From the NCBI GenBank assembly GCA_963668315.1, contig OY764216.1, positions 2,176,001-2,240,000 of the forward strand: a stretch of DNA of 64,000 bases, read 5' to 3'. The position numbers and the translations under genes were made by a program. The notes below the pieces were generated by a model. It did no database searches. It was not told the DNA's origin and saw only the letters and a program-made list of their open reading frames with translations. This DNA comes from Spirochaetia bacterium. GTDB lineage: Bacteria; Spirochaetota; Spirochaetia; DSM-2461. Shown in pieces: positions 1-9,216 of this stretch (position 1 is the stretch's first letter; every line of letters starts with the position of its first letter).

Positions 1-2
1 AT

Positions 3-185
3 CTGGCGGAATATGAGAAATCCCGTCCCGGGGATGCGGCCCGGTTTAAAAAGATGGGAGTGAAACAGATCCCCGCGATCTATATTAATGGAAAGCCGGA
101 ATATTCCTCCCGCATTCCGGCCCGGGAGGAGCTCCGCGGCGTGATCGGGGAACTGCTGCAGAAGGGAACAGCCTTCCTTCATTGA
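3..185 (+). CDS. 3' end of a CDS truncated by the window edge. Thioredoxin-like C-terminal domain resembling that of uroporphyrinogen decarboxylase/MtaA-like methyltransferases
   Basis: Frame 3 reads ...ARFKKMGVKQIPAIYINGKPEYSSRIPAREELRGVI...H* with the stop at 183-185. Resemblance recognised by eye. Confidence 0.5.
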   Translation: MAEYEKSRPGDAARFKKMGVKQIPAIYINGKPEYSSRIPAREELRGVIGELLQKGTAFLH

Positions 186-236
186 CCGCGCCGACTTGCT
201 GGGAAATTGGCTTCCCTTTCCACAGGGGGCGTTAAG

Positions 237-620
237 TCACTCCGAAACGGTCAGTCTGATATGGAGCTGTGTTGTATAGTCGCTTCTCTCTCTGGACAGT
301 TCGCAGGGGTATTCATAGCTTCCGAGGAACCCGGATCTGATAGCGCCTCCCTTATCCAGGACGATTCTGTAGCGGCAGGCGGGATTGTAATCTCTGATTG
401 TTAACGAAAGGCGTCCTCTCTTATCGGTTTTTCCCGCAAAGGAATAGGCTGTCTGAAGTATTCCGGTGTTTTCCCGCGAATAATATACATGCAGGCAGGG
501 CATCGGCATGCCGGTGCTGGATTCAGAGACGAACAGGCTGATTTTTCTGTCCCCGCCGGTGATTTTACAGAATCTTGAGAATTTTCGGCTAAGGGTTCTT
601 TTACCATGGAAAACAGCCAT
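237..620 (-). CDS. Hypothetical protein (~127 aa)
   Basis: Part of ORF 237..698. ATG at 620 chosen because TACAAT lies 6 nt upstream. No family recognised. Confidence 0.45.
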   Translation of the reverse strand: MAVFHGKRTLSRKFSRFCKITGGDRKISLFVSESSTGMPMPCLHVYYSRENTGILQTAYSFAGKTDKRGRLSLTIRDYNPACRYRIVLDKGGAIRSGFLGSYEYPCELSRERSDYTTQLHIRLTVSE

Positions 621-728
621 GGGCATATTGTAACGGATATATAGACATCGGTACATACTACTTAAGTAGTATAAATATGAGGCGGTCCCACCCGGCACCG
701 CTTCATAATAATCGATCTGCCTAATCCT

Positions 729-3173
729 CTATCTGACAATCAGTTCGCAGCTGACCGTTTCAAATCCCCCGGAAACGGCGTCGATAACGATCCTTCCCCG
801 GCTTGTCGGGCGGATCACGGCGAGCAGTTCCCCGTAATAGGCAGAATAGGAATCCTCAAAGAAGCTGTCCCCGCTCATGGGATCGGCGCTCCCCAGCCCC
901 TGAAGGACCCCTTCGCCCCGGACATTTACGGTAATGCGGTCGAATCTGTTTCTGTCTATCCGTCCCTTTTCATCGGTGAATCTTATAAAGGCATAGGCCA
1001 GGCTTCTATCATTCATCGGAATTTCCCTTTTATCCAGCTCAATGGCCAGAGTCAGGTTCTCCGAAGCCGTTTCAAGGAGACAGCGGCCTGTCTCCTTACC
1101 GGATATAATCGCGGACGCCTCGAGTCTTCCCGGCTGATACACCGTATCGAAAACCGTGCAATAGGCCAGTTCCTTCTCTGAGCTTTTCAGGGGAACCGTC
1201 TGTTTTCCCAGGGATTTTCCGTCGAGAAACAGCTCAATTTCATCGGCTTTTCCATACACTTCGACTTTTATCTTCTTTCCTTCATAGCCTTGCCAGCTCC
1301 AGGAATGGATAGAATCGCTCCAGCTCCAGGCTGTGTTGAAAACTTTCTTGCCGTAATGCTCCGGTTTCTGTACCGAAATATAGGGCTCACTTCGATTTCC
1401 CACGACAATTTCCCGATAGTAACTCTGGGGACGGCGGCGTCCGGTTATATCAAAATCACCGCAGTAGGCGATGAAATAGGGGAATGCCGCCGAAATGCCC
1501 CCTGTTTCAAGGGCTCTGTCATAGACATTACGCCCTATGCCCGCTTCGCCCAGATAATCCCAGGACGTCCAGCTGAAATCGCCTATCACGGGGGAGTGGT
1601 TCATTACCAGGTCCCAGTTCTTCGCCAGGTCCTTGGGAAAAGTCTCCGATCCCACGGATATCCAGTTATCGAACTGTTCCGCATCCTTAAGATACCGGTC
1701 CTCCGCATAATTATAGCCGGCGATATCCAGAACTTCCATGGTCTCCCTCGTGCTGTTGACGATGAATTCCTCGCATTGAATCTCTTTCATTCGGGAGCCC
1801 AGTTCCGAGATGATTCCGTTCATGCCGTCCACACCGCTGCCGCTGCTCTTTTCCGCCAGTCTGTGGAAGACTTCCTCCATATTGGACACCATGCCGTTCA
1901 CACCGGCCGTTATAAACCTTGAGCCGTCCCTTCGCCGTATCTCCCGGGCCAGCTCCCTGGCCAGAACTCCTCCCGAAGGCTTCCCCATTTCGGGGATCTC
2001 ATTCCCTATGGAGTACATAACGACGGAAGGGTGGTTGTAATCCTTGTCGATCAAGGATTCTATGTCTTTCAGGTAATCATCCCCAAATCCCGAGCTGTAG
2101 TCTTCCGTGGATTTCGGGACATTCCACATATCGCCCAATTCGTCCATCACCACCAGGCCTATCCTATCGCAGGCATCAAGAAGGGCGGGACTGGCGGGGT
2201 GATGGGCCATTCTGACCGCGTTATATCCGGCGCTTTTCAGGAGTTCCGCCCGCCGTTCTTCCGCCCGTCCGATGGTGGCGGAGCCCAGTACCCCGTTATC
2301 GTGGTGAATGCACCCTCCGTAGAGTTTGACCGTCTTTCCATTGATCTGCAGTCCCCTTAAGGGATCAAGAGCCAGGGTCCGAATGCCGAAAGGCGTCTCC
2401 TGTCTGTCTATTTCCCTGTCCCCTTCGCTAAGAGTCGTTATGCATGTATAAAGGATGGGGGAATCGATGGACCAGAGAAGGGGATTTTCTATATATAACC
2501 TTGATGAGAGTTTTTCCTCCCGGGTTTTCCCGTAAAAGGTTACTATCCGCCTTTCTTTCGCGACTGTCGCCCCCTTCATGTCCAGAATCTTCATTTCGGA
2601 CAGAAGGGTACGGTTACGGTACTCCCGGTTCTCAATCGTCAATTCCGCCGAAAGGGAGGCCATCTTCTCATCGGCCGAGAGGGTGGTAATCCTCATCCCG
2701 CTGGGGGCTATATGCACCTTATCTCCCACCAGCATATACACGTCACGGTAGATGCCGGCACCGGAATACCAGCGGGAATCCTCGCCGGTCCGGCAGGTCA
2801 CCTTTATCTCATTCTCTTCACCGGCTTTCAGAAGGGCGTCCCCGTCTATGATAAATTCCCGGTAGCCGTTCCGGCACTGTCCGGCATGTTCCCCATTAAT
2901 CCAGACAACGGCGTTCATATAAACCCCTTCGAAAAGAAAGCGTACAACCCGGTTCTCATACTCCCGGGGCAGGGTGAATACTTTCCTATACACAAAGGAG
3001 CCGTTCCTGTAAAAACCCTTGGCGCTGCCGCTTTCGGCATCGGCTTCCCTTTCCGTGCCAATCACCCCGTCGTGGGGGAGGGTGACTTTTCGGGGCGCGG
3101 CTCCCGTCTCTCCGAAAAGCCCGTTCTTCGCCGGGTAAAACTCCCAGTTTTCATTGAAGCTGATTTTTTCCAT
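729..3173 (-). CDS. Glycoside hydrolase family 2 (beta-galactosidase-like)
   Basis: Motifs RWYSGAGIYRDV, GGCIHHDNG, NAVRMAHHP, NHPSVVMYSIGNE, GSET, WDYLGE. AGGAG RBS precedes MEKISFNENW at 3173. Confidence 0.92.
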   Translation of the reverse strand: MEKISFNENWEFYPAKNGLFGETGAAPRKVTLPHDGVIGTEREADAESGSAKGFYRNGSFVYRKVFTLPREYENRVVRFLFEGVYMNAVVWINGEHAGQCRNGYREFIIDGDALLKAGEENEIKVTCRTGEDSRWYSGAGIYRDVYMLVGDKVHIAPSGMRITTLSADEKMASLSAELTIENREYRNRTLLSEMKILDMKGATVAKERRIVTFYGKTREEKLSSRLYIENPLLWSIDSPILYTCITTLSEGDREIDRQETPFGIRTLALDPLRGLQINGKTVKLYGGCIHHDNGVLGSATIGRAEERRAELLKSAGYNAVRMAHHPASPALLDACDRIGLVVMDELGDMWNVPKSTEDYSSGFGDDYLKDIESLIDKDYNHPSVVMYSIGNEIPEMGKPSGGVLARELAREIRRRDGSRFITAGVNGMVSNMEEVFHRLAEKSSGSGVDGMNGIISELGSRMKEIQCEEFIVNSTRETMEVLDIAGYNYAEDRYLKDAEQFDNWISVGSETFPKDLAKNWDLVMNHSPVIGDFSWTSWDYLGEAGIGRNVYDRALETGGISAAFPYFIAYCGDFDITGRRRPQSYYREIVVGNRSEPYISVQKPEHYGKKVFNTAWSWSDSIHSWSWQGYEGKKIKVEVYGKADEIELFLDGKSLGKQTVPLKSSEKELAYCTVFDTVYQPGRLEASAIISGKETGRCLLETASENLTLAIELDKREIPMNDRSLAYAFIRFTDEKGRIDRNRFDRITVNVRGEGVLQGLGSADPMSGDSFFEDSYSAYYGELLAVIRPTSRGRIVIDAVSGGFETVSCELIVR

Positions 3174-3273
3174 AAATATTCTCCTGGAAAAAAGAATAGG
3201 GGGAAAACCTTGACGGGACAATGTCGCAGAGCACTTTTTTTGAAATAGCTGTATCCTGGTGCACTATGCACCA

Positions 3274-4320
3274 TCAGATTTTATGGAGGGCACGGTATTC
3301 CCGGGGAGTGGCCCCATAGTGCTCCTTGAAAATCTTATAGAAATACTGTCTGTTGGAATACCCGGTTTTTTCGACGATATGGCTCACCGGAAGGTCGGTG
3401 TTCACAAGTAATTCCCTGCTCTCCTCAAGGCGAATCCTGTGCAGATATTCCGTATAGGTGAGCCCGGTATTTTCCTTGATCACCCTATTGTAGAAATTCC
3501 TGCCGTAGGAAAAGCGCTCTTCCAAGAGCGGCACGGAGAGTTTCTCCAGATTTCCCTTCATAAACTGATCGAGGATATAAAAGAAATGCTCATGCCGGGG
3601 GATTTCTCCTTTTTTTATTCTGATGTAATCATACTTTTTGCAGATTATCCGGAACAGTCTCATGGTCAGTATTTTTATCATCATCACGTAGCCCGCCCCT
3701 CTCTGCTGATCTTCCTGGATTATTTTGAAAAGCAGTTCGTCCGCATCATCTCCTGCTCCGAAGGGGCGGAATGTAATATATTCCCGGGTGCTCTTCTGTT
3801 CCAGAAGGGAGGCATTGACGAAGGAGTCCAGATCGGTCGGTTCCTCCTGGAGGGAGAGAATCTGGCGGGAGAAGAAATCGTCGCTGAAACAGAGCCAGAG
3901 GACAATCGTACCCGGCTCCCAGCGGCATTCGTAATGCAGGCTGTTATGGTCGACGATACTGAAGTCCCCTTTGCAAAGGCGCTCCCTGTTATCTCCTATG
4001 ACCTGATCCAGGGAACCTTCGACTATATAGGTCATCTCCAGATAGTTGTGCCTGTGGATGGGGAGCTGATCTATGCCTTCCAGGGGATGTCCGATCGTTT
4101 CCCCGTCCAGATAAAGAAGAATCCGGCCCTGTCCGGTTATCTTCATTATCTTGATGACAAAGGAGTCCTTGAGGGTATAGACGAGGCTGTCCCCGCCGGG
4201 AAGGCTGTAGTTTCTCGCCAGCTCTTCCAAATCTTCATTAATCTCCTCCGGGGCGGGGGATTTTCTGCGGCAACTATTCTGCAGGATCTTTTCAATAGCG
4301 GCGCCCAGCGCGTCCCCCAT
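3274..4320 (-). CDS. AraC family transcriptional regulator (cupin + HTH)
   Basis: Cupin HRHNYLEMTYIVEG. C-terminal GYSNRQYFYKIFKEHYGATPREYR. Confidence 0.9.
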   Translation of the reverse strand: MGDALGAAIEKILQNSCRRKSPAPEEINEDLEELARNYSLPGGDSLVYTLKDSFVIKIMKITGQGRILLYLDGETIGHPLEGIDQLPIHRHNYLEMTYIVEGSLDQVIGDNRERLCKGDFSIVDHNSLHYECRWEPGTIVLWLCFSDDFFSRQILSLQEEPTDLDSFVNASLLEQKSTREYITFRPFGAGDDADELLFKIIQEDQQRGAGYVMMIKILTMRLFRIICKKYDYIRIKKGEIPRHEHFFYILDQFMKGNLEKLSVPLLEERFSYGRNFYNRVIKENTGLTYTEYLHRIRLEESRELLVNTDLPVSHIVEKTGYSNRQYFYKIFKEHYGATPREYRALHKI

Positions 4321-5105
4321 TATCCCTTCCTCCTTTCGGAAATTGTGATCTCTGTATGGTGGTACATCATGAAAGGGGTAAGGCCGACGGCTTCCGCCAA
4401 TTCTCGGCTGGGTGTGTTTTTTTCATTCATCTGATATCGGATAAAACGGTTTTCTCCCGAGAGGAGGGCTATGGCATGATTCACGATCTCCTTCCCCAGC
4501 CCTTGCCGCCGTAAAGCAGGGGCCACCGATAGGGCGCCTATCTCCCAGATCTCCCCGTAATTGCGGTATATGACACAGCAGGCCGCCGGCTCCTCATCCC
4601 TTTTGATAAAAAGGAATTGCCCCGCCCCTTTCAGAAGGGCATCGATATCATCCCGCTTGTAATGGACGGCATGCAAAAGCTCATCGAATCCGTCGGGACA
4701 GCGGGGCCGGACGGATAGGGAGGAAGAAAGCTTGCCCGTGCAGCCGGGCGGGGCCGTATAGGAACGGAAGGAAGCTTTGCTGAGGGGAGAGAAAAATTCG
4801 GGAATCATAGATTCCAGCGGGGAGGAGCTCTTGAGGATATGCTTTCCCGGGGAGAGTTCCTCCATATAGGGGAGGAGCCTTTCGGCCGTCGCTCCGCTCA
4901 GTAGATGAATAGCCCGGGCGTAACCGTAATCCGCCGCGTCGTAAAGGATCATCCTAGGGGAAAACGTGATGGCAAGAAAAGAGCCTTCCTGCCGGTATTC
5001 CGCTCTGTCCTTCAGCTGCAGCGCGAATTTGAGGGAGGGCAGGTCAGTATAAAGCCGGCTCTCCAGTGATAGAACCGCCGTGGAAAAGTCAATCTTTCTT
5101 AACAT
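4320..5105 (-). CDS. GNAT family N-acetyltransferase
   Basis: C-terminal EIGALSVAPALRRQGLGK...NTPSRELAEAVG acetyl-CoA motif. Stop overlaps the AraC start. Confidence 0.8.
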   Translation of the reverse strand: MLRKIDFSTAVLSLESRLYTDLPSLKFALQLKDRAEYRQEGSFLAITFSPRMILYDAADYGYARAIHLLSGATAERLLPYMEELSPGKHILKSSSPLESMIPEFFSPLSKASFRSYTAPPGCTGKLSSSLSVRPRCPDGFDELLHAVHYKRDDIDALLKGAGQFLFIKRDEEPAACCVIYRNYGEIWEIGALSVAPALRRQGLGKEIVNHAIALLSGENRFIRYQMNEKNTPSRELAEAVGLTPFMMYHHTEITISERRKG

Positions 5106-5185
5106 CTGTTACATTTTATCATGAAAAGTTGTATTTTTTTATAAATAAGGATATGATTTTTTTACAAAGTAAAACAGGAGTTAAT

Positions 5186-5707
5186 ATGAAACGTAAATTT
5201 GTTTTTGCCGCCCTCTTGCTGGCGGTCGTTCTGGCGGGATGCGCCACATTTCCCACCCCTTCATCGGGAGAGGACTCCCTGGCCGTATTTTCCCTTTCCA
5301 ATGATATTCTCGAGGGAAAATCCACTTTCGGGTATTACTATCTGGTCCTGAATGACCAGATGACGGGAGAGGAAGTAAGAAAGCTCAGACTCAAGGCGAC
5401 GCAAGACTATGTCGTTGTGAGCAATCTGAATCCGGGACGCTATTACGTATCCTCCTTTTATTTCCAGTCCGAACACGGTCAGCCCGGCTCGAAGAAAGCC
5501 TATGATAACGACTTTTGTCCCTTCACTCTCAGACCTGAAACCCTGACCATCGTCTCCAAGACCTTCGGCACCAGACTCGCCAAGAAAGAGGGCGGAGATC
5601 TCTTTATGCAGTTTATGGCTCCCAAGGACTGCAATTACGAGGAAACCCTCGCCAAGCTGGAAAATGATCACCCCGAGGAGATCTCCTCCTGGAAAATACT
5701 CTACTAG
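5186..5707 (+). CDS. Lipoprotein of unknown function
   Basis: AGGAG RBS. MKRKFVFAALLLAVVLAGC signal peptide with lipobox LAGC. Confidence 0.8.
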   Translation: MKRKFVFAALLLAVVLAGCATFPTPSSGEDSLAVFSLSNDILEGKSTFGYYYLVLNDQMTGEEVRKLRLKATQDYVVVSNLNPGRYYVSSFYFQSEHGQPGSKKAYDNDFCPFTLRPETLTIVSKTFGTRLAKKEGGDLFMQFMAPKDCNYEETLAKLENDHPEEISSWKILY

Positions 5708-5708
5708 C

Positions 5709-5738
5709 AAAAAAACGGGACCGTCAAAAGACGGTCCC
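5709..5738 (-). terminator. Intrinsic terminator downstream of EF-G2 (between convergent genes)
   Basis: GGGACCGTC-AAAA-GACGGTCCC hairpin, followed by T7 on the minus strand. Confidence 0.8.
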
Positions 5739-5794
5739 AGACGTGCCATCCCCAAGGGGGGAGCGGGGATAGCGACTCTCTCCTTAATACTCTC

Positions 5795-7858
5795 CTACGA
5801 AGCTTGCTGCCTCTTGGCGATGATTTCCTGCGCGACCTGTCCGGAAACCGGATTGTAATGGCTGAACTCCATTTCAAACGCCCCCGTACCGGATGTAATG
5901 GATTTCAGATCAATGGCGTAGCGCAGCAGTTCGCCCTGGGGCACAACGGCTTTTATCTGTGTTATCCCGCTGCCGAGAGTGGCCTGGTCGGTAACGGCGC
6001 CTCTCTTGGTCGACAAGTCGGACATCACGTCTCCCATATACTTGTCATCCACGATAACCGTCAGGTTTACCATGGGTTCGAGCAGGGAGGGCTTGGCTTT
6101 CTCAAAGGCTTCCTTGAGGGCGTGCTTGGCGGCCAGTTTGAAGGCCATCTCCGATGAATCCACAGGATGCTCCTTGCCGTCCACAACGGAAACGCCGATA
6201 TCCACCATGGGGTAGCCGGCCAGAAAACCTTCCGACATGGCTTCCCTCAGCCCCTTTTCTATACCCGGCATATAACCCTTGGAAATGGAGCCTCCCTTTA
6301 TGATGTTCTCCATCATAAAATCCTCTCCCCGCTCCAGGGGCTTCACATTAATGACCACCTTGCCGTACTGGCCGTGGCCGCCGGACTGTTTCTTGTGGGT
6401 GTATTCCACGCCCTCCACCGGTTTTCCTATGGTCTCACGGTAGGCAACGCCGGGCACCCGGGTCTCCACTTCGATCTTGTTCTCCTTCCTGATTTTACTG
6501 AGAACCGTCTCGATATGAAGCTCGCCCATGCCGGAGATAACCGTTTCCCGGGTCTCTTCGTTGTACGTCACCGAAAAGGTCAGATCCTGTTCCGATACCC
6601 GGTGGAGCTGATCGGCCAGCTTATCCTCGTCCTTCTGGTTCACCGCGTTAATCGCCAGCGAATGGATGGGGTGGGGCAGGGCCAGAGCCTTGAAATGAAT
6701 CACATTGTCCGGCATGCACAGGGTTTCGTTGGTCTTTATATCCTCCATCTTGGTGATGACGCAGATATCGCCGGCCACCACCTCGGAGGTTTCCTTCACA
6801 TCCTTCCCCTCGCTGAAATACACCTTGCCTATTTTAATCTTCTTCTCTTCCTGGGGATCGTAGACCTCCATGCCCGGGTTCAGCTTCCCCGTAATCACCT
6901 TCACGTAGGACATCTTACCGGCGAATTTGTCGATGGACGTTTTGAACACGACGCCCGAGAAGGAGCCCTCGGAACTGATCATCACCGATTTCTCCCCGGT
7001 GGCGCAGGGCTCTTCCACCCGTCCCGGAGCGGGCGATTCCTGGGCCATGAAATCCATGAGGGGAACGATTCCGGAGTTTTCCTGAACGCTGCCGCAGAAG
7101 ACGGGAATGAACTTGTTGTCGAAAAGTCCCTCCCTGAGCCCCTTGACGGCCTCTTCCAAAGACAGGGTTCCCTCTTCAAAGAACTTCTCCGTCAAATCGT
7201 CATCGCCCACGGCGGCCTGCTCTATCATATTCTCATGATACTCCTGGGCCTGGGCCTTGTACTCCTCGGGAATCTCCGTGGCCGCTTCACTCTTACCGGC
7301 GGAACCCTTGGGATAGGCTTTCATATCCAGAAGATTGATCAGCCCTTTATAATCCTCGCCCTGTCCCATGGGGATGGTCAGCGCGATAGGTTTCAATTTG
7401 AACTCGGAAAGATCGGCGAGAACCTGGAAAAAATCGGCCCTCTCCTTTTCCATTTTATTGACGAACACGACCCGGGGCATGTCCCGCGCATTAAGGCGGC
7501 GCCACAGTTTTACCGTTTCAATCTGAACTCGTGAACGGGCGCCGATCAGAACAACGGCCGATTCAGCCGCTCTGAAAGAGGAAACGACTTCACCCACGAA
7601 GTCGGAGGCGCCGGGGGTATCAAAGAGGTTGATTTTGGTACCCTTCCAGTCAAAATGGGAAAGACTGGAGTGGATGGACATCTGCTTCTCGATCTCTTCT
7701 TCTGTGAAATCGCTGACGGTTTTGCCCGACTCCACAGTTTCGGCACGGGGAATCACGCCGGCGTTGAAAAGAATCTCTTCAACCAGTGACGTCTTCCCCG
7801 TACCTCCGTGGCCGCAAACTGCAATGTTTCTGATGCTATTGGTATCAGCCATCATCAA
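5795..7858 (-). CDS. fusA: Elongation factor G-like protein (EF-G2/EFG II type)
   Basis: GHGGTGKT, DTPGASDF, NKMEKE, GMGELHIE, KKQSGGHGQY, HPVDSSEMAF. The G2 region is MSIHSS rather than the canonical RGITI. Not in an str operon. Confidence 0.92.
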   Translation of the reverse strand: MMMADTNSIRNIAVCGHGGTGKTSLVEEILFNAGVIPRAETVESGKTVSDFTEEEIEKQMSIHSSLSHFDWKGTKINLFDTPGASDFVGEVVSSFRAAESAVVLIGARSRVQIETVKLWRRLNARDMPRVVFVNKMEKERADFFQVLADLSEFKLKPIALTIPMGQGEDYKGLINLLDMKAYPKGSAGKSEAATEIPEEYKAQAQEYHENMIEQAAVGDDDLTEKFFEEGTLSLEEAVKGLREGLFDNKFIPVFCGSVQENSGIVPLMDFMAQESPAPGRVEEPCATGEKSVMISSEGSFSGVVFKTSIDKFAGKMSYVKVITGKLNPGMEVYDPQEEKKIKIGKVYFSEGKDVKETSEVVAGDICVITKMEDIKTNETLCMPDNVIHFKALALPHPIHSLAINAVNQKDEDKLADQLHRVSEQDLTFSVTYNEETRETVISGMGELHIETVLSKIRKENKIEVETRVPGVAYRETIGKPVEGVEYTHKKQSGGHGQYGKVVINVKPLERGEDFMMENIIKGGSISKGYMPGIEKGLREAMSEGFLAGYPMVDIGVSVVDGKEHPVDSSEMAFKLAAKHALKEAFEKAKPSLLEPMVNLTVIVDDKYMGDVMSDLSTKRGAVTDQATLGSGITQIKAVVPQGELLRYAIDLKSITSGTGAFEMEFSHYNPVSGQVAQEIIAKRQQAS

Positions 7859-7887
7859 ACCTCCCTAAAAATGAATGGTATAAATTC

Positions 7888-7916
7888 ATCATAAGCCCGA
7901 TTTTTTCTCAGGTCAA
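7888..7916 (-). promoter_or_regulatory. Sigma70-type promoter for EF-G2
   Basis: TTGACC-17 nt-TATGAT on the minus strand. Confidence 0.65.
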
Positions 7917-8093
7917 ATTAAATTTTACCCCCCTCCTGACCGTATCCTGACAACGTTACTTTCTCTCCGGGCGGCTTCCAGCGGAGCTGGAACCGGGCTG
8001 TTCCGGGGCTCCGGCCCCCGCAGGCGGGGTCTCGCTCCGCGCCCCCTCCGATCCCTGCCGCGGTAGGGGAAAATAAAATATTCCCTCTTTTTC

Positions 8094-8122
8094 TTGACGT
8101 ATGATTCTTCCCGGGTTAATAT
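8094..8122 (+). promoter_or_regulatory. Sigma70-type promoter for the LacI gene
   Basis: TTGACG-17 nt-TAATAT. Confidence 0.65.
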
Positions 8123-8152
8123 GGACACGTGACCATGTGGACAGGTGTCCAT
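8121..8152. promoter_or_regulatory. Two tandem candidate LacI-family operators
   Basis: ATGGACACGTGACCAT (8121-8136) and GTGGACAGGTGTCCAT (8137-8152). Each has one mismatch to the core TGGACACGTGTCCA. Confidence 0.75.
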
Positions 8153-8167
8153 AGGAGAGGAAAACCT

Positions 8168-9151
8168 TTGGTAACAAGGAAAGACGTAGCCGAGAAGGCG
8201 GGGGTTTCCCCCGCCGTGGTATCCCGTGTCCTGAACGACTCGGGCTATGTGGCCGAAGAGAAAAGAAAGCGGGTTCTCAAGGTGGTGAAGAGTCTGGGAT
8301 ACAGCCCCAACCCCGTGGCCGTCTCTCTGAAAACCAACCGGACCAAGCAGATCCTCTATTACGTTAAAGACCTGAGCAATAACTATTTCCGCGAAATGTA
8401 CAAGGGCATGGCGGAGTACGCCGCCTCGAAGAACTACATCTTCGTGCTGGCCGGATATCTCGAGCCGGAAGGCATAGGCCGGCTGATGGTGGACGGGATT
8501 CTTTTCCCCACCGAGGATCAGGTGAGAAAGAGCATTATCGAATCCTTGACCGTTCCCTATGTGGCCGCCGGCTACGGCGTCCCCGAGCCCTCCGAAACAA
8601 AGACCGTCTACACCGATACGAGGATGGCTATCGATATCGCCTGTGCACATCTCAGAAGTCTGGGGCACCGGCGCATCGCCTATGCCTGTCCCAGCATCGC
8701 CACCTTCAATGAGACGAGGCTAAAGCGGTTTCTGGACATCACCGGTTACGAACCCGGATCGCCCTATATTCTCGGTGCGCCCTATGCCATGGACAATCTT
8801 CATGACGTCAACCATTTCGAGCTGGGAATTGTGGGGGCCCGGCAGTTCCTGGAGAAGAAGCTGGATGCCACGGCCATCATCTGCTTTAACGACGACATCG
8901 CCATCGGGCTGATGAGCCACCTGCAGAAAAACGGCGTGCGCATTCCCGATGATGTCTCCGTGGTAGGCATAGACGGCCTCATGGAGGGGAAGTACACGTC
9001 GCCCCCCCTGACATCGGTCTGCCTCGAGATGAACCGCCACGGCAAGGAGTGCGCCCGGGTCCTGATCAGCATGATCGAGGGCCATGAAAATGTCACTCCC
9101 CGGACGATTGCCCCGAAGCTGATTATACGGGAGAGCTCAAGGGCCGTGTGA
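8168..9151 (+). CDS. LacI family transcriptional regulator
   Basis: HTH TRKDVAEKAGVSPAVVSRVLN, then YSPNPVAVSL, IPDDVSVVGID, PPLTSV. TTG start after GGAGAGG. Confidence 0.93.
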   Translation: MVTRKDVAEKAGVSPAVVSRVLNDSGYVAEEKRKRVLKVVKSLGYSPNPVAVSLKTNRTKQILYYVKDLSNNYFREMYKGMAEYAASKNYIFVLAGYLEPEGIGRLMVDGILFPTEDQVRKSIIESLTVPYVAAGYGVPEPSETKTVYTDTRMAIDIACAHLRSLGHRRIAYACPSIATFNETRLKRFLDITGYEPGSPYILGAPYAMDNLHDVNHFELGIVGARQFLEKKLDATAIICFNDDIAIGLMSHLQKNGVRIPDDVSVVGIDGLMEGKYTSPPLTSVCLEMNRHGKECARVLISMIEGHENVTPRTIAPKLIIRESSRAV

Positions 9152-9165
9152 TTTTTTGTGAACAT

Positions 9166-9183
9166 TGTGGACACGTGTCCACA
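9166..9183. promoter_or_regulatory. Perfect palindromic candidate LacI operator
   Basis: TGTGGACACGTGTCCACA, an 18-bp perfect palindrome upstream of the ABC operon. Confidence 0.8.
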
Positions 9184-9216
9184 TGGAATAATCAAACCAA
9201 TAGGTAAGGAGTTGTT

